DNA of 56,342 nt, taken from assembly GCA_035543275.1 (NCBI GenBank), contig DASZZT010000020.1, forward strand, positions 1 to 56,342. The letters are read 5' to 3'. Shown here piece after piece: positions 16,824-27,287 of this stretch. Source of the DNA: Luteimonas sp. (GTDB lineage Bacteria; Pseudomonadota; Gammaproteobacteria; Xanthomonadales; Xanthomonadaceae). Each line of letters opens with the position of its first letter. Within the stretch, counting starts at the first letter, position 1. The notes below the pieces were generated by a model. It was given only the letters and a program-made list of their open reading frames with translations, had not been told where the DNA came from and ran no database searches. The translations under genes and the position numbers were made by a program.

Positions 16824-17303
16824 TTATTTCACGACCCGAAGATGGCCGCCGCGTCGGGTGGACGCCGGGTCGTCGCGGCTTCCGTCGGGCATGGGGGCGT
16901 CGGGCATGGGGCCATCGGGCATCGGACTCGGCGGCTCATCCTCGGGACCGGATGCGGTGGTGTCTTCCGGGAGCGCCATGCCCTGCCCGGTTTCACGCGC
17001 GTAGATCGCCAGCACTGCGGCGATCGGCACCTTCACCGGGTGGCTGACGCCGCCGAAGCGCGCGGTGAAGCGCACCGCGTCGATGCCCAGCTCGAGCTTG
17101 GCCACGGCGCGCTCGGCGATGTTCAATACCACCTTGCCGTCCTTGACCGTGTGCACCGGCACCTGCACGCCGGGCTGGGTCGCGTCGACCAGCAGGTGCG
17201 GGGTCAAGCCATTGTCGGCGATCCATTCGTACAGCGCCCGCAGCAGGTACGGGCGGTGACTGGTCATCCGTGGCGTGGCGTCGCCGGACGTGGAATCGCT
17301 CAT
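16824..17303 (-). CDS. sspB: ClpXP adaptor SspB
   Basis: RPYLLRALYEWIADN..TPHLLVDA, IYARETGQGM, C-terminal LRVVK. Confidence 0.95.
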   Translation of the reverse strand: MSDSTSGDATPRMTSHRPYLLRALYEWIADNGLTPHLLVDATQPGVQVPVHTVKDGKVVLNIAERAVAKLELGIDAVRFTARFGGVSHPVKVPIAAVLAIYARETGQGMALPEDTTASGPEDEPPSPMPDGPMPDAPMPDGSRDDPASTRRGGHLRVVK

Positions 17304-17320
17304 GCGTCGCGTGCCCGGCC

Positions 17321-17956
17321 TCAGGCCGGCAACTTGCGCAGGTTCTTCTCCTGCGGCGTCAGGCTGCGGACGAAGCCGGGATTGCGGAAGATGCGATTGC
17401 CGTAATCCTCGATCGCCTTGCCATCCTTGGGCAAGCCGACACCGAGCGCATCCAGGCGCCAGACGATCGGCGCCATCGCGCAGTCGGCCAGGCTCATTTC
17501 TGCGTTGAGAAAGAACTTGCTGGCCTTGAACAACGGCACCGAGGCGGTCAGCAGTTCCTTCAGGCGCTTGCGCCCGGCTTCGGCCTGCTGCTTGCTGCCG
17601 AGCTGGATCGCCTGCACCTGCGGCACCCAGTCGTGCTCGATGCGCAGCATCGCCAGGCGCAGGCGCGCCCGCGACAGCGGGTCGACCGGCATCAGCGGCG
17701 GATGCGGGTAGCGCTCGTCGAGGTATTCGCTGACCACGCTGGCCGCGTACAGCACCAGTTCGCGCTCCACCAGCGTGGGCACGGAGTGGTACGGGTTGAG
17801 GTCGATCAGATCCTCGGGTGGATTCTGCGGATCGACCGGGATGAAATCGTAGGTGACGCCTTTCGCCGCCAGCACCAGGCGCGCGCGATGGCACAGCACA
17901 TCATCGACAGACGAGAACAGGGTCAGGGCGTTTCGCATGCGCGGATTGGTAGCCAT
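17321..17956 (-). CDS. sspA: Stringent starvation protein A
   Basis: LNPYHSVPTLVERELVLY, YLDERYPHPPLMP; lies between petC and sspB. Confidence 0.93.
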   Translation of the reverse strand: MATNPRMRNALTLFSSVDDVLCHRARLVLAAKGVTYDFIPVDPQNPPEDLIDLNPYHSVPTLVERELVLYAASVVSEYLDERYPHPPLMPVDPLSRARLRLAMLRIEHDWVPQVQAIQLGSKQQAEAGRKRLKELLTASVPLFKASKFFLNAEMSLADCAMAPIVWRLDALGVGLPKDGKAIEDYGNRIFRNPGFVRSLTPQEKNLRKLPA

Positions 17957-18089
17957 CATCGGACAACTCCTGTGACTGGAATCCGCCAATCGCATCGACG
18001 CCGCCTGCCCCTTGCAAGCGGTCGTCACGGTTCCCGAGCCGCGAAATCCCTGGCTTCCGGGACGCCGCTACTTCAGCGGCTTTTCCTGG

Positions 18090-18119
18090 AAGAGTCCGGC
18101 CATCGATGGCCGGACTCTT
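18090..18119. repeat. Perfect 30-bp palindrome downstream of petC (terminator or REP-like)
   Basis: AAGAGTCCGGCCATCGATGGCCGGACTCTT is its own reverse complement. Confidence 0.8.
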
Positions 18120-18134
18120 GCGGCGGGATCCGCG

Positions 18135-18968
18135 TCAATGCACGTCGCGCCAGTATTCCTTTTTCAGCAACCAGGCGAGGAACGTGAAGAACGCCAGGAA
18201 CAGGATCACCCAGACGCCCATGTTCTGGCGCTTGAGCGCGGCCGGTTCGCCGGCGTACTCGAGGAAAGCGGTGATGTCGCGCGCGGTCTGGTCGAACTCG
18301 GCCGGATTCTGCGTGCCGGGTTGCGCCAGCAGCAGCTTCTCGACCGGACGATCGCCGCCGGCGTCGGCCTTCTTGCCGTACTCGGCGTGCTGCAGGCCCT
18401 GCAGCTGCCACAACGGATTGGGCATCGATGCGTTCGGGAACAACTTGTTGTTCCAGCCCAGCGGGCGCGATTCGTCGAGATAGAAGGACTTCAGATAGGT
18501 GTAGATCCAGTCACTGCCGCGCACGCGCGCGATCACGCTCAGGTCCGGCGGCATCTTGCCGAAGAACTGCCTGGCGTGGTCCTCGGTCAGCGCCACCTGC
18601 ACCTGCTCGCCGACCTTGGCGCCGGTGAAGTTGAGGTTGGCCTGCACTTCGTCTTCGCTCAGGCCGAGGTCCTCGGCCATGCGCGAGTAGCGCAGGTATT
18701 GCAGCGAATGGCAGCCGGAGCAATAGTTCATGAACAGCTTGGCGCCGCGCTGCAGTGAGGCTTGATCGCCAAGGTCGGTGCCGGACTGCAGGGTGTCGCC
18801 GCCTTCGGCAGCGAACGCCGAGGCCGAAAGCAGCAGCCCGGCGAGGAACATGCTGGCGAACAGCCTGCTGGCGAACAGCCTGCTGGCGAACAGCCTGCCG
18901 GCGAACAGCCTGCCGGCAAACAGCATCGCGATGTTGCGCATGGTCATCGGACGGAATGACTTAGTCAT
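18135..18968 (-). CDS. petC: Cytochrome c1
   Basis: CSGCH heme motif, PPDLS, C-terminal TM ..KEYWRDVH. Confidence 0.95.
   Translation of the reverse strand: MTKSFRPMTMRNIAMLFAGRLFAGRLFASRLFASRLFASMFLAGLLLSASAFAAEGGDTLQSGTDLGDQASLQRGAKLFMNYCSGCHSLQYLRYSRMAEDLGLSEDEVQANLNFTGAKVGEQVQVALTEDHARQFFGKMPPDLSVIARVRGSDWIYTYLKSFYLDESRPLGWNNKLFPNASMPNPLWQLQGLQHAEYGKKADAGGDRPVEKLLLAQPGTQNPAEFDQTARDITAFLEYAGEPAALKRQNMGVWVILFLAFFTFLAWLLKKEYWRDVH
18852..18926. repeat. 5 x 15-bp tandem repeat in the petC signal peptide
   Basis: gctggcgaacagcct units encoding LFAGR/LFASR. Confidence 0.92.
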
Positions 18969-20232
18969 GCGTCGTCACCCGATCCGGCACCGGCCTGGTC
19001 TTGTCGATCCTGGTCCACAGCGGCATGGTGATGAAGAACGCGAAGTAAAGGAAGGTCAGCACGCGGCCAATGATGACCTCGACCGGGTCGGTGCCGGGGC
19101 CCGCGCCGATCTTCATGAGCCAAACGAAGCAGATGACGAACATCGCCAGCATCGACTTGGACAGCCAGCCACGATAACGGAACGACTTGACGGGGCTTTT
19201 GTCGAGCCACGGCACGAAGAACAGCACCGCGATCGCGCCGAACATCACCAGCACGCCCCACAGCTTGATCGCGAAGAACGAGGGCACTACCCGCAGCATC
19301 GCGTAGTACGGGGTGAAGTACCACACCGGCTTGATGTGCGTCGGCGTCACCAGGCGATTGGCCTCGATGAAGTTGTCGGGCTCCAGGAACCAGCCGCCGA
19401 AGGTCGGCGCGAAGAAGATGATGAACGCGGCCAGGATCAGGAAGACTCCGGTGCCGAACAGGTCCTTGACCGTGTAATACGGGTGGAACGGGATCCCATC
19501 GGTCGGCGCGGTAGTCGACCAGCGGTTGCCCTTCGGGCCCTTCTTGATCTCGACGCCGTCGGGGTTGTTGGAGCCGACCTCGTGCAGCGCACCCAGGTGC
19601 AGCACCACCAGCAGCAGCAGCACCAGCGGCAGCGCGATGACGTGCAAGGCGAAGAAGCGGTTGAGCGTCGCATCCGCGGGCAGGTAGTCGCCCATGATCC
19701 ATTCGGTCAGGCCGTTGCCGATCACCGGGATCGCGCCGAACAGCGAGATGATCACCTTGGCGCCCCAGAACGACATCTGGCCCCACGGCAGCACGTAGCC
19801 CATGAACGCCTCGGCCATCAGCACCAGGTAGATCACCATGCCAAGCAGCCACACCAGCTCGCGCGGCTTCTGGTAGGAGCCGTACAGCAAGCCACGGAAC
19901 ATGTGCAGGTAGACGACGATGAAGAACAGCGAGGCGCCGGTCGAGTGCATGTAGCGGATCAGCCAGCCCCACTCGACGTCGCGCATGATGTATTCGATCG
20001 ACGAAAACGCTTCGGCCGCACTCGGCTTGAAGTACATCGTCAGGAAGATGCCGGTGACGATCTGGTTGACCAGCACGATCAGCGCCAGCGATCCCATGTA
20101 GTACCAGAAGTTGAAGTTCTTCGGCGCGTAGTACTCGGTCATGTGCTTGCGGTACATCGGCATCATGCCGGGCGCGCGCGCGTTGACCCAGTCCATCACG
20201 TTGCCGGCGGTGCGGGTGATCACGTTCGCCAT
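18961..20232 (-). CDS. petB: Cytochrome b
   Basis: RYMHSTGAS, GYVLPWGQMSFWGA, PVWY Qo motif. Confidence 0.96.
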   Translation of the reverse strand: MANVITRTAGNVMDWVNARAPGMMPMYRKHMTEYYAPKNFNFWYYMGSLALIVLVNQIVTGIFLTMYFKPSAAEAFSSIEYIMRDVEWGWLIRYMHSTGASLFFIVVYLHMFRGLLYGSYQKPRELVWLLGMVIYLVLMAEAFMGYVLPWGQMSFWGAKVIISLFGAIPVIGNGLTEWIMGDYLPADATLNRFFALHVIALPLVLLLLVVLHLGALHEVGSNNPDGVEIKKGPKGNRWSTTAPTDGIPFHPYYTVKDLFGTGVFLILAAFIIFFAPTFGGWFLEPDNFIEANRLVTPTHIKPVWYFTPYYAMLRVVPSFFAIKLWGVLVMFGAIAVLFFVPWLDKSPVKSFRYRGWLSKSMLAMFVICFVWLMKIGAGPGTDPVEVIIGRVLTFLYFAFFITMPLWTRIDKTRPVPDRVTTHD

Positions 20233-20235
20233 GAC

Positions 20236-20847
20236 TTACCCGACTCCCTTGCCGTTCGTGGGATCGACGCCGATCACGATCGACGTGTCGCTCTCGTAAT
20301 GGTGCGGCGGCACCAGCAGGTTGATTGGCGCCGGGACGCCATCGAACACGCGACCGGCCATGTCGAAGCGCGACTTGTGGCAGGGGCAGAAATAGCCGCC
20401 CTTCCAGTTCGGGTCGAACGGCTCGGGCTTGATCTCCGCCACCATCTCCGGCGAGCAGCCCAGGTGCGTGCAGATCCCGACCAGCACCGAGATCTCCGGC
20501 TTGATCGAGCGGAACGCGTTTTGCGCGTATTTCGGCTGCTGGTCCAGGTTGGTCGACTTGGGATCGCGCAGGCGGTTGTCCAGGGTCGGCAGCACGTCCA
20601 GCATCTGCTTGGTGCGCTTGACGATCCAGATCGGCTGGCCGCGCCACTCCAGCACCATGCGGGTGCCTTCAGCGAGCGCGCTGATGTCGGCGGTGATCGG
20701 TGCGCCTGCCAGCTTGGCCTGGGCGCTCGGATTCCACGATTTGATGAACGGCACCGCCACAAACCCGGCGCCCACCGCACCGACCACGGCTGTGGTCGCG
20801 GTCAGGAACCGGCGACGGCCCTGGTTTTCGACCCCATCATTGCCCAT
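20236..20847 (-). CDS. petA: Rieske Fe-S subunit
   Basis: Tat signal RRRFL, CTHLGC and CPCHKS. Confidence 0.96.
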   Translation of the reverse strand: MGNDGVENQGRRRFLTATTAVVGAVGAGFVAVPFIKSWNPSAQAKLAGAPITADISALAEGTRMVLEWRGQPIWIVKRTKQMLDVLPTLDNRLRDPKSTNLDQQPKYAQNAFRSIKPEISVLVGICTHLGCSPEMVAEIKPEPFDPNWKGGYFCPCHKSRFDMAGRVFDGVPAPINLLVPPHHYESDTSIVIGVDPTNGKGVG

Positions 20848-20998
20848 CCGGCACTCCGCAAAGACTCGATATCAGGCTTGGCCGTCCATCCCTGCGTCAG
20901 GCGCAAGGACGGCGTACGGCAGCAAAGACGGGGAAGTGTAACGGAACGTGAATTCTGCCGACAACGTTTCGGACCAGGAAAAGCCCGAAACCCCGTGA

Positions 20999-21883
20999 TC
21001 AACGCGTCGCGAGTGAGCCGCGGTAGCGGTCGGCGAGCAAGCCTACGCGCTGCACGTAGCGCTGGGTCTCGCTGTAGGGCGGCACGCCCTGGTACTTGTC
21101 GACCGCCCCTTCGCCGGCGTTGTAGCCGGCCGCGGTCAGGCTGAGGTCGCCTTTGAAGCGCTTCAGCAGGAACGCCAGGTACTGCACGCCGCCACGGATA
21201 TTTTGTCCGGCATCAAAGGCGTTGCCGACGCCGAACCGGCGCGCGGTCGCCGGCATCAATTGCATCAGGCCTTGCGCACCAACCCGCGACAGCGCATTGG
21301 GGTTGAACGCCGACTCGGCATGGATGATGGCGCGCACGATCGCCTCATCGACGCCGTAATCCCTGGCAGCCGCACTGATCTCGGCCTGATAGGCACCGGT
21401 GTTCAGGCGCAGGGTATTGAAGTTGACCCCCGGCTTGGCGGCGCAGGCGTAACAGGTCTCCATGAAGCTGTACTTGATCGTGCGCATGGCCGTGACCCCG
21501 GCCCCACCGCGCGGCGGCTTGCTGGTGTAATGGCGCACGCCGTCCTGGATGTAGGAGTAGACCTGACCGCGTACCAGCCGTGGCGCCTGGTATGGCGGCG
21601 GCGCGGGGCCGACTCTGGCCTGGGCCGGCAGGCCGGCCGGCACGCTGGTCGAAACTGGCGAGCCTTCGACCTTGTTGGTCGGAGTCACGCTACCGACGCC
21701 CGCGGGCGCCTTGTAGCGCGTGGCCTTGTAGCTGCTGACCGCCGTGCACTTGGCACCGCCGATGCGCTTGCTGGAGTAACTACGACCGCCATCGGCGCTG
21801 TCGCAGCGGTACACGGTGCCGGCCACGGCCGGAGCCGCTGCCAACAGGCAAATGAGCGTCAGAAGTCCCCGGCCCCCAGTCAT
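20999..21883 (-). CDS. SLT-domain lytic transglycosylase
   Basis: Signal peptide, VYRC N-terminal domain, AIIHAES, GAQGLMQLMP, YNAGEG. Confidence 0.92.
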   Translation of the reverse strand: MTGGRGLLTLICLLAAAPAVAGTVYRCDSADGGRSYSSKRIGGAKCTAVSSYKATRYKAPAGVGSVTPTNKVEGSPVSTSVPAGLPAQARVGPAPPPYQAPRLVRGQVYSYIQDGVRHYTSKPPRGGAGVTAMRTIKYSFMETCYACAAKPGVNFNTLRLNTGAYQAEISAAARDYGVDEAIVRAIIHAESAFNPNALSRVGAQGLMQLMPATARRFGVGNAFDAGQNIRGGVQYLAFLLKRFKGDLSLTAAGYNAGEGAVDKYQGVPPYSETQRYVQRVGLLADRYRGSLATR

Positions 21884-21916
21884 GGCCGGCAGTGTCTCCT
21901 CACCGCGCGCTCTTGA

Positions 21917-21929
21917 CAAGTACTTGATT
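21917..21929 (-). promoter_or_regulatory. IHF-consensus site in the slt/miaB divergent region
   Basis: Minus strand AATCAAGTACTTG fits WATCAANNNNTTR, in an AT-rich patch. Confidence 0.5.
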
Positions 21930-22022
21930 TATATGAACGCAGGCTGTGCGCGAATCCGGTCGGCATTACACTAACCCCCTCCGGTGCGGATTCACCGCCG
22001 CCTTCCCGGACCGAAGACAGAC

Positions 22023-23402
22023 ATGACCGACACCTCTACTCGCGGCAAGTTGTTCATCAAGACCCACGGCTGCCAGATGAACGAGTACGACTCGGCCCGG
22101 ATGGCCGACGTGCTGGCTGCCAGCGACGGCCTCGAACTGACCACGAACGTCGAAGAAGCCGACGTGATCCTGGTCAATACCTGCTCGATCCGCGAAAAAG
22201 CCCAGGAAAAGGTCTTCAGCCAACTTGGCCGCTGGAAGGCGCTGAAGCAGGGCGGCAAGCCGGTGCTGATCGGCGTCGGCGGCTGTGTTGCCTCGCAGGA
22301 GGGCGCCGCCATCATCAAGCGCGCGCCCTACGTCGACCTGGTGTTCGGCCCGCAGACCCTGCACCGGCTGCCCGAGCTGATCGCCGCCCGGCGTGCGACC
22401 GGCAAGCCGCAGGTCGATATCAGTTTCCCCGAGATCGAGAAGTTCGACCGCCTGCCCGAGCCGCGCGCTGACGGCCCGAGCGCGTTCGTGTCGATCATGG
22501 AAGGTTGCAGCAAGTACTGCAGCTTCTGCGTGGTGCCCTACACCCGCGGCGAGGAGGTCAGCCGCCCGTTCGAGGACGTGCTGGTCGAGGTCGCGCAACT
22601 CGCCGCGCAGGGCGTGCGCGAGGTCAACCTGCTCGGGCAGAACGTCAATGCCTATCGCGGGCGGATTGCTTCTGATGAGAGCGAGGGCGATGGCGAGGTC
22701 GCCGATCTCGGCCTGCTGATCCGCGCCGTCGCCCAGATCGAGGGCATCAGCCGCATCCGCTTCACCACCTCGCATCCGCTGGAGTTCTCCGACTCGCTGA
22801 TCGAGGCCTACCGCGACGTGCCGCAGCTGGCCAACTACCTGCATTTGCCGGTGCAGTCCGGCAGCGACCGCATCCTCGCTGCGATGAAGCGCGGCTACAC
22901 CGCGCTCGAGTTCAAGCAGAAGCTGCGCAAGCTGCGCGCGGTGCGTCCGGACATCTCGATCTCCTCCGACTTCATCGTCGGCTTCCCCGGCGAAACCGAT
23001 GCGGACTTTGACAAGACCATGAAGCTGATCGAGGACGTCGGCTTCGACCAGTCGTTCTCGTTCATCTACTCGCGCCGGCCCGGCACGCCGGCTGCCGATC
23101 TGGAAGACCACACGCCGGACAGCGTCAAGCACACGCGACTGGAGCGGCTGCAGGCGCATATCAGCGCGCACTCGGCGACGATCTCGCAGGCGATGGTCGG
23201 CACGACGCAATCGGTGCTGGTCGAAGGCCCCTCGCGCAAGAATCCGAACGAGCTGACCGGCAAGACCGAGAACATGCGCTCGGTGAATTTCCCGGGGCAT
23301 CCGCGCCTCGTCGGGCAGTTCATCGACGTGCTGATCATCCAGGCGCTGGCGAATTCGCTGCGCGGGCGTGTTGTCACGGCGGACGCCGAATTGGCGGCGT
23401 GA
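22023..23402 (+). CDS. miaB: tRNA methylthiotransferase
   Basis: [28 protein letters not shown] radical-SAM motif, C-terminal TRAM domain. Confidence 0.96.
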   Translation: MTDTSTRGKLFIKTHGCQMNEYDSARMADVLAASDGLELTTNVEEADVILVNTCSIREKAQEKVFSQLGRWKALKQGGKPVLIGVGGCVASQEGAAIIKRAPYVDLVFGPQTLHRLPELIAARRATGKPQVDISFPEIEKFDRLPEPRADGPSAFVSIMEGCSKYCSFCVVPYTRGEEVSRPFEDVLVEVAQLAAQGVREVNLLGQNVNAYRGRIASDESEGDGEVADLGLLIRAVAQIEGISRIRFTTSHPLEFSDSLIEAYRDVPQLANYLHLPVQSGSDRILAAMKRGYTALEFKQKLRKLRAVRPDISISSDFIVGFPGETDADFDKTMKLIEDVGFDQSFSFIYSRRPGTPAADLEDHTPDSVKHTRLERLQAHISAHSATISQAMVGTTQSVLVEGPSRKNPNELTGKTENMRSVNFPGHPRLVGQFIDVLIIQALANSLRGRVVTADAELAA

Positions 23403-23431
23403 CCGTGTCGCAGCCTTGATCGCTCGGCAGT

Positions 23432-23492
23432 GAGGAATCTGCTTTCGATCCCCGTCGGCAAAAGCAGATCCCTCGCTTCGCTCGGGATGACG
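23432..23492. repeat. CGTC-type REP (GTCATCCCGAGCGAAGCGAGGGATCTGCTTT) with degenerate inverted partner
   Basis: GAGGAATCTGCTTT (23432-23445) pairs with AAAGCAGATCCCTC (23461-23474); between convergent miaB and mazG. Confidence 0.75.
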
Positions 23493-23500
23493 GTAATTCG

Positions 23501-24328
23501 CTATTCCGCGCGTTTCTCCGCCGCCTTGGCGCGATCCCAGTAGCGATCCTGCGCCTCCAGCGACAGCGATGCCAGCGCAACGCCCTCGGCCGCCGCCAGC
23601 GATTCCATCGCGCGGAAGCGGCGCTCGAACTTGTGGTTGGCGCGGCGTAACGCACTGCCGGGTTCGACCTTGGCGTGGCGCGCGAGGTTGGCGCAGACGA
23701 ACAGCAGGTCGCCGATCTCGTCTTCGAGTTTGTCGCGCGCATCCGCGTCACCCGGCGCTTGCGCGACCGCGGCGAACTCGACGCGCACTTCCTCGATTTC
23801 CTCATGCAGCTTGGCAATCACCGGTGCAGGATCGGGCCAGTCGAAACCAATGCGCGCCGCGCGCTGCTGCAGCTTGATCGCGCGTTGCCATTCGGGCAGG
23901 CCGCGGGCGATACCGGCGAGCGCGGAGGCATCCTCATGGCCCGCGGCTGTGCGCTCGTCGCGTTTGTGCTGCTCCCAGGCGCGGGTCTGTGCCTCGGCGT
24001 CCTCGACCGAGACGCCGGCGAACACATGCGGATGCCGTCGCAGCATCTTGTCGCTGATCGCGGCGACCACGTCGGCAAAGGCGAAGGCACCCTGCTCCTG
24101 CGCCATGCGCGCATGGAACACCACCTGCAGCAACAGGTCGCCGAGTTCGTCGCGCAGGTCGTCCAAGTCGTTGCGATCGATGGCGTCGGCGACTTCGTAA
24201 GCCTCCTCGATCGTGTACGGCGCGATCGTGGCGAAGGTCTGCTGGACGTCCCATGGGCAGCCGCCATCGGGATCGCGCAGCCTGGCCATGATCGCGAGCA
24301 GAGTGTTGATGTCGGCGTTATTGTTCAT
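23501..24328 (-). CDS. mazG: Nucleoside triphosphate pyrophosphohydrolase
   Basis: GCPWD, EEAYEV, DELGDLL, RRHPHVF and second EEIEEV domain. Confidence 0.95.
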   Translation of the reverse strand: MNNNADINTLLAIMARLRDPDGGCPWDVQQTFATIAPYTIEEAYEVADAIDRNDLDDLRDELGDLLLQVVFHARMAQEQGAFAFADVVAAISDKMLRRHPHVFAGVSVEDAEAQTRAWEQHKRDERTAAGHEDASALAGIARGLPEWQRAIKLQQRAARIGFDWPDPAPVIAKLHEEIEEVRVEFAAVAQAPGDADARDKLEDEIGDLLFVCANLARHAKVEPGSALRRANHKFERRFRAMESLAAAEGVALASLSLEAQDRYWDRAKAAEKRAE

Positions 24329-24340
24329 CGTCGCAGGCTG

Positions 24341-24468
24341 AAAGCAGATCTTCTCTGTATGGCGCGGCTGCCTTCCATGGCGCGGCTACGATGGCTTGCG
24401 GACCGCCCGGCCCGGCCATCCATGGCCGGGCGTTCACGGGCGCAGCAGATGCCCTTCAAGGCATCTGC
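24341..24468. repeat. Composite palindromic intergenic element
   Basis: AAAGCAGATC REP remnant, ATGGCGCGGCT x2, CCCGGCCATCCATGGCCGGG palindrome, GCAGATGCC..GGCATCTGC hairpin covering the cysQ stop. Confidence 0.55.
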
Positions 24469-25280
24469 CCGGCGCGCCCGCTCACCCAGTCGCGCCACGG
24501 CAATGCCGGATCGCCGAGTGCGAGGAAGTCGCCGTTGAGGATCGTGTCGCGCTGGTTGTAGCGCAGCGGCCGCCCGCGTGGATCGATCACCACGCCGCCT
24601 GCGCCTTCGAGTACGCACTGGCCGGCGGCGGTATCCCATTCGCTGGTCGGGCCAAAGCGCGGATACACGTCCATGCCGCCCTCGGCAAGCAGGCAGAATT
24701 TCAGCGAGGAGCCCAGCGGCACGGATTCGGTGTCGCCGATGTGCTGCATCAATGCCTCGGTGCGCGGATCGCGGTGCGAACGGCTGGCGGCGACCCGCAG
24801 CGGTGCAATCGCAGGCGCGCGCGTGTGCAATCGCGTGTCGACATCGCCGTCGCGGCGGAAGGCGCCGTGGTCGCGCTGCGCATGCCACAGCGCACCCGTC
24901 ACCGGCGCCTGCACCACGGCCAGCACCGGAACGCCGTCATCGATCAGCGCGATGTTGACGGTGAACTCGCCGTTACGCTTGACGAACTCGCGGGTTCCGT
25001 CCAGCGGATCGACCAGCCACAATTGTCGCCATTCGCGGCGCACGATCGCCGGCACGTCCTCGGCCGATTCCTCCGACAATATCGGGATGTCCGGCGTCAA
25101 TCGCTCCAGCCCCGCGACGATGCAGTGGTGCGCGGCAAGGTCGGCCGCGGTCAGCGGCGAGTTGTCGTCCTTGCGCTCGACCGCGAATTCGCTGTCGTAG
25201 ATGACCAGGATTTTCGCCGCCGCGTCGCGTGCGAGCGCGATGATGCCTTCGCGCAACCGGTCCATGTCATGCCTCGCCAT
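24456..25280 (-). CDS. cysQ: 3'(2'),5'-bisphosphate nucleotidase
   Basis: SPLTAAD, WLVDPLDGTREF, GSSLKFC, EWDTAAG; start could be 25265. Confidence 0.94.
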   Translation of the reverse strand: MARHDMDRLREGIIALARDAAAKILVIYDSEFAVERKDDNSPLTAADLAAHHCIVAGLERLTPDIPILSEESAEDVPAIVRREWRQLWLVDPLDGTREFVKRNGEFTVNIALIDDGVPVLAVVQAPVTGALWHAQRDHGAFRRDGDVDTRLHTRAPAIAPLRVAASRSHRDPRTEALMQHIGDTESVPLGSSLKFCLLAEGGMDVYPRFGPTSEWDTAAGQCVLEGAGGVVIDPRGRPLRYNQRDTILNGDFLALGDPALPWRDWVSGRAGQMP

Positions 25281-25818
25281 GCCGCAGCCACTCCCTTGCG
25301 ATGAACAGCGCAGCGATCGCGCGCCCTTCCGAAAAGTCCTCGCGCAGCACCAGTTCGTGCAGCGCATCGAGCTTCCATGGCACCACTTCCAGTTCCTCCG
25401 GCTCGTCGCCGGGCAGGCGCTGCGGATACAGCTCGCGCGCGATCACCAGCTGGGTCTGGTGGCTCATGTAACTGGGCGCCAGGCTCAACGAACGCAGCAC
25501 CCGGAGCGAGCGCGCACCATAGCCGGCTTCCTCCTGCAATTCGCGGTCCGCGGCCTGTTCCGGTGTCTCGCCGGCGTCGATCCGTCCGCGCACCAGGCCG
25601 AGTTCGTAACGGTGCACGCCGGCGGCGTATTCGCGCACCAGCAGCACGGTGTTGTCGTCCAGCAGCGGCACCACTACCACTGCGCCATGGCCGCGGCCAT
25701 GCAGGCGTTCGAAGTTGCGGCGCTCGCCGTTGCCGAATTCGAGATCCAGCCGTTCCATCCGGTACGGGCCGGCGTCGTGCTCGGTGATGCCATGGATGGT
25801 GGGCAGGCGCCGGGTCAT
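25267..25818 (-). CDS. nudE: ADP-compounds Nudix hydrolase
   Basis: Nudix box GRIDAGETPEQAADRELQEEAGYG; adjacent to cysQ. Confidence 0.9.
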   Translation of the reverse strand: MTRRLPTIHGITEHDAGPYRMERLDLEFGNGERRNFERLHGRGHGAVVVVPLLDDNTVLLVREYAAGVHRYELGLVRGRIDAGETPEQAADRELQEEAGYGARSLRVLRSLSLAPSYMSHQTQLVIARELYPQRLPGDEPEELEVVPWKLDALHELVLREDFSEGRAIAALFIAREWLRHGEA

Positions 25819-25913
25819 CGCCGTGCTCCGGCGACGGCGACGGCAGCGGCCGCCGCGAAGTCGATGGATGCAGCGATAATGCGCTGATGCGGGACGGACT
25901 TCATGAGGCCTCG

Positions 25914-27287
25914 ATGATAACGGACGCCGATCACTGGCGGTCGCGCGACCTCGACGTGCTGTGGCATCCGTGCACGCAGATGCGCGAGCACCCCGACACG
26001 TTGCCGCTGGTCCCGATCGAACGCGGCGACGGCGCCTGGCTGATCGGGCGCGATGGCCGTCGTTACCTGGACGCGGTCAGCAGCTGGTGGACCAACCTGT
26101 TCGGCCATGCCGAGCCGCGGATTGCGGATGCGATCGCCCACCAGGCACGCACCCTGGAGCAGGTGATCCTGGCCGGCTTCTCGCACCAGCCGGCGGTCGA
26201 GCTGGCCGAGCGCCTGCTGGCGATCGCGCCGCGGCAGGCAGACCGCGCGTCGTTGGCAAAAGTGTTCTACGCCGACAACGGTTCGGCCGGCGTCGAGGTG
26301 GCGCTGAAGATGGCATTCCACTGGTTCCACAACCGCGGCGAACATCGGCGCACGAAGTTCATCGCGCTGGAGAACGGCTACCACGGCGAGACCCTCGGCG
26401 CGCTCGCAGTCGGCGACGTCCCGCTGTATCGCCGCGTATATGCGCCGCTGCTGGCCGAAGCCTTGTTCGTGCCGTCGCCCGACGCCTGGCTCGCGGAACC
26501 GGGCGAGAGCGCCGCACAGCGTGCCGCGCGCGCTGCGGATGCGCTTCGGGACATGCTTGAACGCCACCGCGGCGAAATCTGCGCACTGATCCTGGAGCCA
26601 CTGGTGCAATGCGCAGGCGGCATGCGCATGCACGATCCGTCCTACCTCCGGCATGCGCGCACGTTGTGCGATGCGCATGGCGTGCTGCTGATCGCCGACG
26701 AGATCGCGGTCGGCTTCGGCCGCACCGGCACCTTGTTCGCCTGCGAGCAAGCCGGCATCCAACCCGACCTGTTGTGCCTGTCGAAGGGACTGACCGGTGG
26801 CTTCCTGCCGCTGGCCGCGGTGCTGGCGACGCAGGCCACCTACGACGGCTTCCTCGACGACTCGCGCGAACGCGCGTTCCTGCATTCGCACAGCTACACC
26901 GGCAATCCGCTCGCGTGCGCGGCGGCGCTGGCGTCGCTGGCGATCTTCGACAGCGACGATGTGCTCGCACGCAATCGCGACACCGCCGCATGCATGGCAG
27001 AACTTGCCGCGCCGATGGCTGACCACCGGCATGTCGCCGATGTGCGCCAGTCCGGCATGATCGTCGCCTTCGAGTTGACGCAAAGCGGCGACAAGGACAG
27101 GCCGTTCGATCCGGCGCAGCGCATCGGCCTGCGCGCGTATCGCGCCGCGTTGCAGCGCGGTGTGGTGCTGCGTCCGCTCGGCGACATCCTCTACTGGATG
27201 CCGCCGTACTGCATCGACCAGGAGCAACTCGTGCTGCTGGCCGATACCACGCGTGCCGTGATCGACGAGGCGACCACATGCGCCTGA
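25914..27287 (+). CDS. bioA: DAPA aminotransferase
   Basis: LWHPCTQM, DAVSSWW, NGYHGETLGA, IADEIAVGFGRTG, SKGLTGG. Confidence 0.94.
   Translation: MITDADHWRSRDLDVLWHPCTQMREHPDTLPLVPIERGDGAWLIGRDGRRYLDAVSSWWTNLFGHAEPRIADAIAHQARTLEQVILAGFSHQPAVELAERLLAIAPRQADRASLAKVFYADNGSAGVEVALKMAFHWFHNRGEHRRTKFIALENGYHGETLGALAVGDVPLYRRVYAPLLAEALFVPSPDAWLAEPGESAAQRAARAADALRDMLERHRGEICALILEPLVQCAGGMRMHDPSYLRHARTLCDAHGVLLIADEIAVGFGRTGTLFACEQAGIQPDLLCLSKGLTGGFLPLAAVLATQATYDGFLDDSRERAFLHSHSYTGNPLACAAALASLAIFDSDDVLARNRDTAACMAELAAPMADHRHVADVRQSGMIVAFELTQSGDKDRPFDPAQRIGLRAYRAALQRGVVLRPLGDILYWMPPYCIDQEQLVLLADTTRAVIDEATTCA

Noticed and set aside
18778-21144. 788-aa plus-strand ORF
   Set aside because: Antisense shadow of petABC in GC-rich DNA.
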